From contig CAYLUP010000002.1 of assembly GCA_964386905.1 (NCBI GenBank), positions 64,522 to 128,521 of the forward strand: DNA of 64,000 nucleotides, written 5' to 3'. Both the position numbers and the translations under genes were made by a program. How positions within the stretch are numbered: the stretch's first letter is position 1; the number at the start of each line of letters is the position of its first letter. Under the pieces are notes generated by a model. It saw nothing but the letters and a program-made list of their open reading frames with translations, was not told where the DNA came from and searched no databases. Positions 57,301-64,000 of this stretch are shown here, in pieces. Source of the DNA: an uncultured Candidatus Saccharibacteria bacterium. GTDB taxonomy: Bacteria > Patescibacteriota > Minisyncoccia > Phycocordibacterales > UBA6899.

Positions 57301-60300
57301 TGTAAAGTATGCTGGTGCCGGAAATCTCTCAAATGTGGAGTTGTCACGACGCTGGCTCACGATTGGTGATTCGGGACAGGCTGGACAAACAATCACAAAT
57401 GCAGATCTGAAGCTGTTTGATAATTATAATGAATCATTAGCCCAAACACGTGCGGACATCTTCTTTAATGTCGACGGTTCAGACAATCTTACTGCATGTG
57501 CAAGTGCACCGTGTAGTGATGCGTCTATCGTCGTGGCAACAGGAACAACCTGGAGGCCGAAAGCATCAGGAACAAGTGTAAGTACACTTTCTTCTCTTGT
57601 ATTAAATGGAGAGGTGACAGCTGATGCAAATACGATAAAGATTGGAGGTGATTGGAGGAATACAGGAACATTTACCCCTGGAACATCTGTTGTGATTTTT
57701 ACTGCAACCTCAAGTACACGAATACTCAATAATACAGGTGCTGCACAATACAAATTTTACTCAGTGACATTCGGAGAGGGTTCGTCTTCAGCGACATGGC
57801 AATTGCAATCACCGCTGTACACGAATGGAGATCTTGTGGTGAATTATGGTACGCTTTCTCCGCTTTCACAGCCTATTTCGATTGAGAAGAGTTTATCTCT
57901 TGGTTCGAACGGGGTATTCCTAAAGGGGACAGCAACAACAACATTCCTTGGAACTGCTGTTGCGACATGGTCTGACTTGACTGCTCTGCAGCAAGACATG
58001 GGAAATGTGCTTGTTGATGGTTCGCCAAAGACACTTACCCTAAGTACCCCCGCAAAAGCAACCTCACTCACCATTGCAGATGGAGATACGTTTGCATTTG
58101 GAGTGAACACGTTAACACTTTCTTCGCACTTCACAAATAATGGATATATTAATTCCGGTTCGGGGCGCCTCTCTATTGCCGCATCTGGAACAGCTAATGT
58201 GAAGCAGGGCGGACAGACGTTGAATAATGTGACACTTGCAAGCGGGACAGTGACTTGGATTGATGCACATGCAACAACCACGGGTGATCTCTTGATCTCG
58301 GGTGGGGCAGTAAACCTGCCGGCACAATCACTCGCGGTGGGAGGAAGCTTCTTGCACACGGCTGGATCTTTCGCAGCTCCGCTGACAACGCGCATGACAT
58401 CGAATGTATCAGGAAAGCAGCTTTCTCTTCTGTCGTCACTTCAGACTCTTGAGTTTGTTGGCACTGGAGCCTGGTCATTTATCTCATCAGCAACCACAAC
58501 TGGGACAACGAGTATCCAGTCTGGGTCTGTGACACTCCCTTCTGGCATACTCGCCGTTGGAGGAAATCTCGTCGTGTCTCCAACTGCGACATTGCAATCA
58601 AATACTGGGACAGTCAGAATGTATGGAGCATCTGCGACCATACAGCTCAACGGAAAACAGCTCTCATCTCTTGTTGTGGCATCTGGGTCTTCGGCGGCAC
58701 TACAAGATGCGACGGCGACATTCCTCGGGTCTCTTACTGTTGATGCTTCTGGCGTGTTTACTCCCGCATCAAGCAGCACCTTGACCATTGGCGGTTCGTT
58801 AATAAATAATGGATCATTTATTGCAAATGCATCTCATGTCATTATGAATCGTGCAGCAGGTCCTGCGACTCTGAGTATTGGTTCATCCATGTTGAGCAAG
58901 TTGACTATCTCTGGTGCGGGAAGTTTCAGTATTATAGGAAATACTCGCGTGACATCCGATTTCGCATTAGGAAATGTAGGAGCCTTTAGTATGGAGAGCG
59001 GACGCGAGTTACGAGTTGATGGGTTTTATACAACAACTGCACAACAGGCAAATACAACATGGACGGGGTCTACGCTGCGTTTGACTTCTGGCGCAACCAT
59101 GAGTGCAAACACAAAAACAACAGGTGGGGATAGTTACGGAAGTATCATTCTGGATGAAAATACTCAATTACGTTTATGGAACTCTGATGCAGTATCAATA
59201 ACAACGAATGCGGGAAGTAGCGTGTATGCGCAAAACTGGGCAAACGTATCGGGAGCGCTTCGCATTTATGGAACCTATACTCAGCAATCAGGTACTGCAT
59301 GGTGGAGTTATGCAACTGATTTTGATGGCACAGCACTTCCATCTGGAAGTGAGCGAACTGCTACTGTCGCCATTGCGCCAGGATCATCTGTCGCTTTTGC
59401 AACATCATCCGCTCTTGCTGTGATTGGAGATGCTGGCGCGTCAACCACAGTGGCAACGATTGGTGTAGGAAATTATGCTATGAGTTTTGCTTCGTCTACA
59501 CTCTCTGCCCAATTTGCAACATTCAGTGGTATGAATACCTCTGGACTCTCGTTGTCTGGTGCAACAAATATTGCAGTATTGAGCGATGTGTCGTTTACAA
59601 CTGATATTAATGCGGGAAATATCATGACGTTTACAGCGGATGTTGTAAACGCGAATGCAGGAGAACAGTATTATCGCGTCGGCTTTGACAGATCTTCTCT
59701 TTCTGCGACAAACATCCGTGTTTTGTCAGCAACAACGCAATCTCTTCGTTTTAAACAGCATTATGGAAATATTGACGGGGAATCATTTGACAATGATCCA
59801 ACGGGGAATCCAGGAGAAATTCGATGGGATGATTCAAATTATCTCATCACGATTTCAGGTACCGTTTATAGTGACGCAGGTGTCACGCCAATGGATGCTT
59901 CTGTTTGCGATGGAGCAACCCCAGCAGTAACGATAAAAGTTTCTGGTGGTGGATCTTTCACTGGTCCATGTGATGTTGGTGGGACATTTAGTATCCCTAA
60001 TGTCTCCTTTACTGGAGAAACAACGATGTCTATCTTCCTGGATGACACTGGTGCGCAGGCAGTAACGGTAACACGAGGCGCGTCTGTTGATTTGTCGGGA
60101 ATCCGGCTCTATCAAAATCGTGTCATTCTTCGTCATGAAGACGTGACCCCAATGACTATCGCAGCATTGTCTGATTTTGACGTGGATGATGATAGCGACA
60201 TGATCTTTACTGCAAATGGAGGTACTCTGTCTGTTCCAGGTACGGCTGAGCTTTGGGTTTGGAGTGGAAAAACATTCACTCCTGGGGGAAACGTGACAAC

Positions 60301-63300
60301 GGCAGCTGGTGGAACTATTGGATATGGTGGTGCGTTTCACTTAGACAATAGTGCCACTTATACCGCATCTTCTGGTGAAATTATCACCATAGGTGGACGA
60401 TTCCAAATGGATTCAAGCGCAATACTGAATGCTGCATCATCAACTTTTGTCTTTAATCCATCAGATACACGAACATTGACTGCAACCGCCCCAATTGTGT
60501 TCCATAATCTAGAGAAGACTGGCGTTGGAACACTAACCGTGAGTTCGACAATGGCAATCGGTGGTACATTCACGATTACAATGGGAACATTGTCTGGTGT
60601 TGGGAGTATTACTGCACAACAAGGGATAGTGGGAGATGGAACTGTATCTCTTACAGGGGGGACAGTGACGCTTCCCAATGGTGGATTCTTTGGTGGAAAT
60701 ACTGCCTGGACAGTCAATAATTTGGTTCTTGGAGATACGGGTACTTCTACAACCATAAAGACTGGAGCCGGGACAACGACAGTACGAGCATTACTCACAG
60801 TGAGGAGTCAACACAGTCTTGATCTCAATGCAACGCCCTTGGTGTTTACTGGATCAAATACTGTCCTGTCTGTTCTGGGATCTATTGATACTACCGGTGC
60901 AACCATTACTTATGCGCCAACAGGAACAGTGAGTGTTGCAAATATTCCGTATACCAATCTTTCTTTCATGGGAACAGGAACAAGCACCTTGCCTGCTATG
61001 CAGTTGCAGGTTGCTGGAAATATGACTATTGGAGGCGGAGCATCAACCCCAAAAGTGACAGCTCTGGTCAATGACCCAACAATTACCGTTGGCGGAAACA
61101 TTTCCATTGCCTCTGGCGCTCGATTTACTGCATCTGATGTTGGAACACTATTTGTTTCCGGGAGCTGGACAAATGCAGGAGTCTTTACACACTCACTTGG
61201 CTCTGTTCAGTTCACTGGGGGTGGAGTTAAGACAGTGAATCCAGGGTCCTCTCCGTTCGGGAATATTTCCTTCGCAGACGATCTTGGCTCATGGACTATT
61301 TTGGAAAATGCTACTGCTACAAATATGGTTATTGCGTCAACCTCTGCATTTACCATGGCAAGCGGGAGAACTTTGGAAATTACAGGAAGTTTCAGTAACG
61401 CTGTTGGTGGCACTGCGACAACATGGACTGGTGCAACGCTGTTTGTGAATAGTGGAACACGTTCGGAAATAAATACAAAGACTGCAGGTGCTGATACGTA
61501 TGATATTGTTCGTGTTGGGGCTAATACACAGACAGTGTTCTGGAACTCATCATCAACGCAGTTTGTTGCACAGCCTACTGGTGGTGCACTTTCTCTGAAT
61601 CACGCAGGAATCGCTGGTGATGCCTATGTGTTTGGTGATTACACTCGAAGCACGGGCACAGAGTATTGGAGTTATTACAAGGATTTTGATGGAGCAGTCT
61701 TAAATGCGGGTGACTTACGAGCTCCACGGATTCGATTCGCACCATCTTCTACAGCATCATTTGTTGGTACAAGTGCGATTGAACTTGTTGGTGTTGCTTC
61801 TGCAACAACAACTGTTGAGGCGCTCTCAGGGTCCTACGGATTGAATTTTGGTGGGGCAACATCAACACTTCAGTTTGTAGATTTCTCTGGCATGAATGCA
61901 ACAGGCATTCAGTTTACTGGTTCTGGAAAAGTGACACAGTTTGATGATATTGTGCTTCGAAACCCTTCTGGGGTTGGGACAATGGTGTCTCTTGCAGCCT
62001 CTGTCATTACGGCAAATCCACTTCGTACAACGTATCGCAATGCATTCATTGCACCAGGCGGAACAAATATTTCTGTGACTGGAACAACAACATCCGCTTG
62101 GCGTATTCGCAACCACTACGGTGGGAGAGATGGTGAAGCGTTTGATGGTGATCCTGCAGGAGATCCGGGATATGTTATTTGGGATGATTCTGCTGCACAG
62201 ATTTATATTTCTGGAAAAGTACTCCAAAGTGATGGTGTAACAGTGTCGTCTGCGTGTAATGGTGTTTCTCAGTATGTTGCATTAAAAGTGCAAGGGTCTG
62301 GAACATTGACGTCTGCATGTAGTGCTGTTGATGGGAGTTACTCAATCGGTCCGATTGTATATGCTCCGTATGACACTCTTGCTGTATACACTACAGCTGC
62401 AAGCGGGGTTCAGGCGGTTTCATATGCATACCGTCCGATGACGAATATTGGTGATTATGATTTGTACGAACGTACGATTATCCTTCGAAATGAACAAGAT
62501 GCGATTACCAATGCCGGCATAAACTCCTATGATAAAGATAATGACGCAAATATCCCGGTACGGGTGACGGGGAGTGCGCTCGTTACAGATACAAATTCGA
62601 AAGTCATCGTCTGGGATGGAAAGAAATACCAGCCACAAGGATCAGTCACTGTAGGAAGCAACATGAATGCTTCCTCTATCGACGGAGACGTTGAACTGCG
62701 TACGCAGGCATCTTGGATAACTGGTGCTGGGGAACAATACACCATTGGAGGAGACCTTGTTGTTCTTTCACAAGGCCAGGTTCTTGGTATGTCGGGAGAA
62801 TTCATCTTTACTTCGGCTGTTGCCGGGAAATCAGTGTCAGCGCTTTCTTCTACAACGTTGCCGTCACTTCGCTTTAATGGTACGGGGAGCTGGTCTCTGT
62901 CTGGTTTCGCATCAACCACTGGGACACTTCTCGTTTCTCAGGGAACCGTAGCGCTCCCGGCAAGCACCTTCGGTATTGGTGGGAGTTTCACTAATCAGGG
63001 TACTGTACAATCAAATAACGGAACACTATTCTTTGAGGCAACAACAACAGGGAATCAGATTCGCACAAATGGGAGCACATTTGGAACGCTTCTATTTACG
63101 GGAGTGGGCTCATGGGAGTTTATGGATTCCGCAACCACGACTGGGGCATTCACTGTTGCGTCTGGTACCGTGAAGCTTCCGGCAGGATCGTTATCTGTTG
63201 GTCTCGACTTCGAGAATACTGGAGGTTCGTTTATCGCAAACGGTGGTACGGTCATTGTGCGTGGAGCTGGCACACGGAAGGTCGCTCCGGGCGGGTCAGC

Positions 63301-64000
63301 TTTCCACACACTTCGAGTTGAAAATGGGGATTATGTACTTGGTGTACAGCATGCAACATCGACTGGCGATGTGACTGTTGCTTCGGGTTCACTTGAATTA
63401 CCAACGGAGCGATTCGCTGTTGGGGGTTCATTCAGAAATTCGGGAACCTTTATTGCAGGCGCTTCGTCGACTGTAATCATGAATGCGACATCAACAGGGA
63501 AGATTATAAACCCAGGAACATCATCATTTACCCATGTCATTGTTCAGGGTCCTGGGGGTGGATTCACGTTGGAGTCTAGTGCGACAAGTACGGGGGCATT
63601 TGAAATAAAAACAGCAAATGCATTCGTTGTCTCGCCATCGGTTCGATTGGTGGTTCGTGAGCAGTTCTTGAATGCTGTTGGTGGTACGTGGACCGGGTCT
63701 ACGCTCAGATTAGAGAAGGTGGGAACATCAACCATAAACCTGAAGACAGACCCGGGTGCGGCATATAATACTGTTGAGCTTGGTCCTGGTGCACAGGTTC
63801 GCTCGTGGAAGTCATCTTATGGAACCGTAAACTTCGCATCGTCTTCTGCAATCTATTCACAGAATGACAATAACGTAAATGGCGCACTTCGTATCTATGG
63901 AGAGTATCGCAATACTGCGACAACAGACCACTGGTCCGCAACAACTGACTTTGATGGCTCCGCAGTCGCATCTCGTGCAGCCTCTGTCCGATTTGCATCT
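48314..64000 (+). CDS. Giant (at least 5229 aa, 3'-truncated) multidomain surface protein: TM/signal, DUF2341, three tail-collar/HxH repeats, Fn3, propeller-like repeats and long beta-rich repeats
   Basis: TGgTAAAAT 7 nt before ATG 48314. Frame +2 reads as protein wherever translated and ends ...ASVRFAS at 64000. The ORF track lists no closed ORF in this frame, consistent with no internal stop. Confidence 0.88.
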   Translation, partial: MTKTSWRNWFSRCVRRVFFSLRGFFVGAQNHSVVRFGRRIWALFQQSFRMISTQKRSKMVWMSTAAFVIFLSATMTVFALRAKAEKEVHAYISPSYVTGEGFERVEAALVQDFSVDARFSDFTPEYVARVAFGSFAQTVEESVQEELLSSTTTPSATTTESTSGAPADTGVVPAETTSVSESSTVPASEESSSAPSLENPIETNGAQSAPEAPSTEPLSFLRSIVSPKTILAQETPESAPVSVAEDTPESTLVVEGVEAVTAPVQDDNTFSVDATSSATIVSDTVKEEKENRDPYAIASCSVFSKPCHMAVFEGFGVGTELSQYPVRNAEVVFSVAAKSLPTEQHDRLLVRAYKNGRWVFLGEHVVRGETDNAFRGGYLRFPLELSSWSDLSDMIVVAEYVREGESDSTLLLDAAWVDVGFEAAESPDDLALFSPNVKSALLSRDAERRAKERDTLDVGAGAVVHFENTISDLPSAKLRVATTKEKHAVLGTGEEYVAVTNFSNATEQVRLSFFFPDGNGRVTSLSKYVHNAPVKNVETEVTPIAYVCESPWVIASSSLDVSSNEDVGISEYTCLQTEEKRSCASLSDDATNCYSEVTTMTDANATVFRRGFYVDAITGGPFSDEQSIFGKALSALLLDMPEGIIPSSSAEVSHSQTYDIEPGATKYFKFAYNVPLNARSDVYIQAVSSGGAYGLSKIVADGSWNWRVPVDVGLPYATFGEEAVVPISLDRMPQEFWTTVHEDGLDIRVSDERGVVELPSWVSEFNFAQRKGLVWVRLPHGSGVMPRVYLYAGNSEAASKMAPEKPFLSSSLIERAVVMSEDEEVSSVKITALADDTRVRVGDAAEKNLVYGETVLYEHVPHGALVYANGPVAVHALSLSSRAIALPFGVAGNEFGIAEKYGEFYVASTRPEESALSLDQNEEVLVPYGLTHFSEHESSAFSVRLPSVAALFDEQEILPLLSRTSDERLRFSASALLDQKADAVRAVCPNGYAYGVFDVSGASLATTTCGNILNGPFEHGMLLRVLPTVGKTSPGALFSYVLRGNEYPMLQSAALSRGTAGFDPEVAFGAPEFVVPGEHRIFDIEGEKERAHVSRFLSKQREFAAEENPTFRFQYVPQSGGFFRTLRSLVGAAPFAITNVSVEQAGAVLPITPVVSYGSSLEWTVTIDKKEATKIVPGKLLLRMTIKEGGQTYEDVYDFYWGLLAVNFNKATYEQGEIADIWLGALSETGNTVCDAKLKIFITDTASSTVEVPVVQSGKCDGNSVVDVPDYSASYPVVDVGVHSVRVLRLDEQDNVIAEVRSHFNAVSRSPFVIERKGPTRINPTAPYSMTLRVFAREAYEGQIVEQIPADFEVLERGGSTLRWKDDSQQIKEAVWSVKMKAGEIYQFTYTFDAADKSPYIYFLGPARIGDTDSLYIEPREWQIASDVAGNMLIYWDGGTTPPGWTCVSCLGTDPFYQRYPMGSSTPSINGGATTHTHTFTTSVSSAIYSTSILVNTGIPATLVYKDHTHAFTPTFATGSNLPPSMSLRILRANAVGDVPIPQNAIVMFESTPPSGWTTYSTLDGNFPYGDSGIFNTQGSATHSHALSGTLGTYSGGSLYRSTTFGIYPKVANTTHGHAVTATSTNTISNDPPYVTYMLGKASAAGALPNGAITMWDNDPASGWVHLSVDGAVMSNRFVKAMSSAGATGGLSHHEHTDTTNIPTGASNSNTSSASLSGSFGSNPNHTHTVDYTLFSDAVTLPPYRTVVFAKRSVGVPEFTQTAFRFYDNVNDPLPVDPWPAGAVDVAEGMSIEDVAYRIKPGSTFRLRVSAQISNATATASTTPLKLQYSTDGACSTALNWNDVGTPGGSAPLRGYDNTLVSQGTQLASVVLASSTLSSVQFYSESSSAQAFTQDAGIGTYAEFDWVLQAGTSLASSSRYCLRMVEGSGKVFGQYSAFPSFLSNSAPIAPVLQTQFNHAKILTLTPTLTFAASDEEGNPMHYAIEIDDDPNFGSPVVSHSTTNNSAYFSNLTTLSNKAPYNNADTIQYTVQNGALANNTTYWWRVRAMDPTGSTQYGLWSSARAFTTDTSLATSAWFQTTDAQFVQNTLENITISGNAARLTGGQTSGTMYSPSIVFNAGPMGTVWGSLLFTDDGGAGITYQVEYQDEQQNWVLIPDTALSGNSTGFGSSPVSLTSVDPQFYPAIRLRANFTNSGTPVLSDWGVNWAYKTLAPILSSPFNHAKVSTTTPALLFASTDPLNRPVTYEVQYSTDPTFTTSTTCNSDSSCTAGFKNIDTPADTSPFTSAERVEFTFQTPLTNGTTYFYRVRGYGFGSGAWSFWSEVRAFTVDTAATTYPTWFQTMKGQWDADTLSGTYANPSHSVAVATTSDRVLVVYGDGSNSRPKYRFYENGVLGTAKEMLSINSTVLWAVARPSLVNDQFVVGTMGADRDVRFQVFENGIWSRLFTLTDTSPSDKRRSFDVAYESQSGRAVAVACSGTDAVYAIFDGSTWGSVQNLDLPFTTNCELVKMASSPTQNQIIALFRNTGSTFRAEVWNGTQWDNGSAMSFSASAQIQEPAHDGMAIEYERTSGKAVAVVSNNTTRGFRYRVWSGNNWGTETAYALLGGNDGNRTNAQFEWGNLRRSPTSNDLMLCGISQYSPTDDGAYTEFVRWNAVTPAWEPTTASKLGEYWPYSRHAQSNDCVYETKSGRANKLVYVADESWQVADGSASYNRTIFDVLSNTTNMASAWQSGASYTTRIWSTYAAYRWYAGETWTSRLERASYSGDILGISLMRNSLSYIFRMWNGSAWSSAITMGASSVTTKPYGQPYDMSAQQGLTQGKVFSSPIVFADGNGPSWRQARFTTTRPVGTTALISVEYESSPGNWERVPDAVIPGNSTGTSTSPIDLSGLNSSVYSVIRLRADLTCNGFATCPTLDDWTVEWAAGLNISGIARDNDRTTALTSGTVKVAVNGVEQVGKTGAISGTGTWTISGVNYKNGETVTVWIDNPGVANRAVSVVKYAGAGNLSNVELSRRWLTIGDSGQAGQTITNADLKLFDNYNESLAQTRADIFFNVDGSDNLTACASAPCSDASIVVATGTTWRPKASGTSVSTLSSLVLNGEVTADANTIKIGGDWRNTGTFTPGTSVVIFTATSSTRILNNTGAAQYKFYSVTFGEGSSSATWQLQSPLYTNGDLVVNYGTLSPLSQPISIEKSLSLGSNGVFLKGTATTTFLGTAVATWSDLTALQQDMGNVLVDGSPKTLTLSTPAKATSLTIADGDTFAFGVNTLTLSSHFTNNGYINSGSGRLSIAASGTANVKQGGQTLNNVTLASGTVTWIDAHATTTGDLLISGGAVNLPAQSLAVGGSFLHTAGSFAAPLTTRMTSNVSGKQLSLLSSLQTLEFVGTGAWSFISSATTTGTTSIQSGSVTLPSGILAVGGNLVVSPTATLQSNTGTVRMYGASATIQLNGKQLSSLVVASGSSAALQDATATFLGSLTVDASGVFTPASSSTLTIGGSLINNGSFIANASHVIMNRAAGPATLSIGSSMLSKLTISGAGSFSIIGNTRVTSDFALGNVGAFSMESGRELRVDGFYTTTAQQANTTWTGSTLRLTSGATMSANTKTTGGDSYGSIILDENTQLRLWNSDAVSITTNAGSSVYAQNWANVSGALRIYGTYTQQSGTAWWSYATDFDGTALPSGSERTATVAIAPGSSVAFATSSALAVIGDAGASTTVATIGVGNYAMSFASSTLSAQFATFSGMNTSGLSLSGATNIAVLSDVSFTTDINAGNIMTFTADVVNANAGEQYYRVGFDRSSLSATNIRVLSATTQSLRFKQHYGNIDGESFDNDPTGNPGEIRWDDSNYLITISGTVYSDAGVTPMDASVCDGATPAVTIKVSGGGSFTGPCDVGGTFSIPNVSFTGETTMSIFLDDTGAQAVTVTRGASVDLSGIRLYQNRVILRHEDVTPMTIAALSDFDVDDDSDMIFTANGGTLSVPGTAELWVWSGKTFTPGGNVTTAAGGTIGYGGAFHLDNSATYTASSGEIITIGGRFQMDSSAILNAASSTFVFNPSDTRTLTATAPIVFHNLEKTGVGTLTVSSTMAIGGTFTITMGTLSGVGSITAQQGIVGDGTVSLTGGTVTLPNGGFFGGNTAWTVNNLVLGDTGTSTTIKTGAGTTTVRALLTVRSQHSLDLNATPLVFTGSNTVLSVLGSIDTTGATITYAPTGTVSVANIPYTNLSFMGTGTSTLPAMQLQVAGNMTIGGGASTPKVTALVNDPTITVGGNISIASGARFTASDVGTLFVSGSWTNAGVFTHSLGSVQFTGGGVKTVNPGSSPFGNISFADDLGSWTILENATATNMVIASTSAFTMASGRTLEITGSFSNAVGGTATTWTGATLFVNSGTRSEINTKTAGADTYDIVRVGANTQTVFWNSSSTQFVAQPTGGALSLNHAGIAGDAYVFGDYTRSTGTEYWSYYKDFDGAVLNAGDLRAPRIRFAPSSTASFVGTSAIELVGVASATTTVEALSGSYGLNFGGATSTLQFVDFSGMNATGIQFTGSGKVTQFDDIVLRNPSGVGTMVSLAASVITANPLRTTYRNAFIAPGGTNISVTGTTTSAWRIRNHYGGRDGEAFDGDPAGDPGYVIWDDSAAQIYISGKVLQSDGVTVSSACNGVSQYVALKVQGSGTLTSACSAVDGSYSIGPIVYAPYDTLAVYTTAASGVQAVSYAYRPMTNIGDYDLYERTIILRNEQDAITNAGINSYDKDNDANIPVRVTGSALVTDTNSKVIVWDGKKYQPQGSVTVGSNMNASSIDGDVELRTQASWITGAGEQYTIGGDLVVLSQGQVLGMSGEFIFTSAVAGKSVSALSSTTLPSLRFNGTGSWSLSGFASTTGTLLVSQGTVALPASTFGIGGSFTNQGTVQSNNGTLFFEATTTGNQIRTNGSTFGTLLFTGVGSWEFMDSATTTGAFTVASGTVKLPAGSLSVGLDFENTGGSFIANGGTVIVRGAGTRKVAPGGSAFHTLRVENGDYVLGVQHATSTGDVTVASGSLELPTERFAVGGSFRNSGTFIAGASSTVIMNATSTGKIINPGTSSFTHVIVQGPGGGFTLESSATSTGAFEIKTANAFVVSPSVRLVVREQFLNAVGGTWTGSTLRLEKVGTSTINLKTDPGAAYNTVELGPGAQVRSWKSSYGTVNFASSSAIYSQNDNNVNGALRIYGEYRNTATTDHWSATTDFDGSAVASRAASVRFAS

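Noticed and set aside
48222-63998. Many short ORFs in the track on other frames and strands
   Set aside because: Shadow ORFs of the giant frame +2 gene with no motifs
1-64000. The two truncated giant ORFs being the two ends of one gene (circular or permuted contig)
   Set aside because: Cannot be supported from this window; the core-gene content indicates a chromosome much larger than 64 kb, so two family members are the simpler reading
1-64000. UGA recoding (code 25) or a diversity-generating retroelement
   Set aside because: Conserved genes are intact in code 11 and TGA ends the holB-like gene; no reverse transcriptase or TR/VR pair was seen

Overview
A 64 kb bacterial chromosomal window in genetic code 11. 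It is most consistent with a Patescibacteria/CPR (Parcubacteria-type) genome, judging from the degenerate priA and holB, the mostly leaderless promoters and the typical CPR surface proteins. About 60% of the window encodes cell-surface structures. (i) The 3' end of a giant protein (<2-4240), two membrane-anchored DUF916/PapD-like proteins and a small secreted protein; the giant and the small protein end in the same pilin/WxL-like domain. (ii) A cluster at 14.3-29.6 kb with an Fn3 protein, a catalytically degenerate histidine kinase, a MacB-type ABC system, a Cys-rich pilin-like protein, a third DUF916-like protein, a DUF4215+dockerin protein, two membrane-anchored cohesins, a cohesin+dockerin protein and two stand-alone receivers. 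(iii) An ORF missing from the supplied track, 48314->64000 (at least 5229 aa), with DUF2341, three tandem phage-tail-collar/HxH-needle repeats, Fn3, propeller-like repeats and 785-920 aa beta-rich repeats. Housekeeping genes include engB, prmC, an RlmD/TrmA-family methyltransferase, uppP, hpf, fmt, def, priA, mreB, frr, rseP and tRNA-Arg(CCG). Non-coding signals include REP-like hairpins and heptamer/G-tract arrays around engB, a tRNA 3'-end triplication, a seven-hairpin leader, DnaA-box-like motifs in front of surface-gene promoters and two unannotated 26-aa micro-genes. The leading hypothesis (inference) is a chaperone-assisted, donor-strand-type surface fibre anchored to the membrane by dockerin-cohesin pairs and tipped by giant adhesins.
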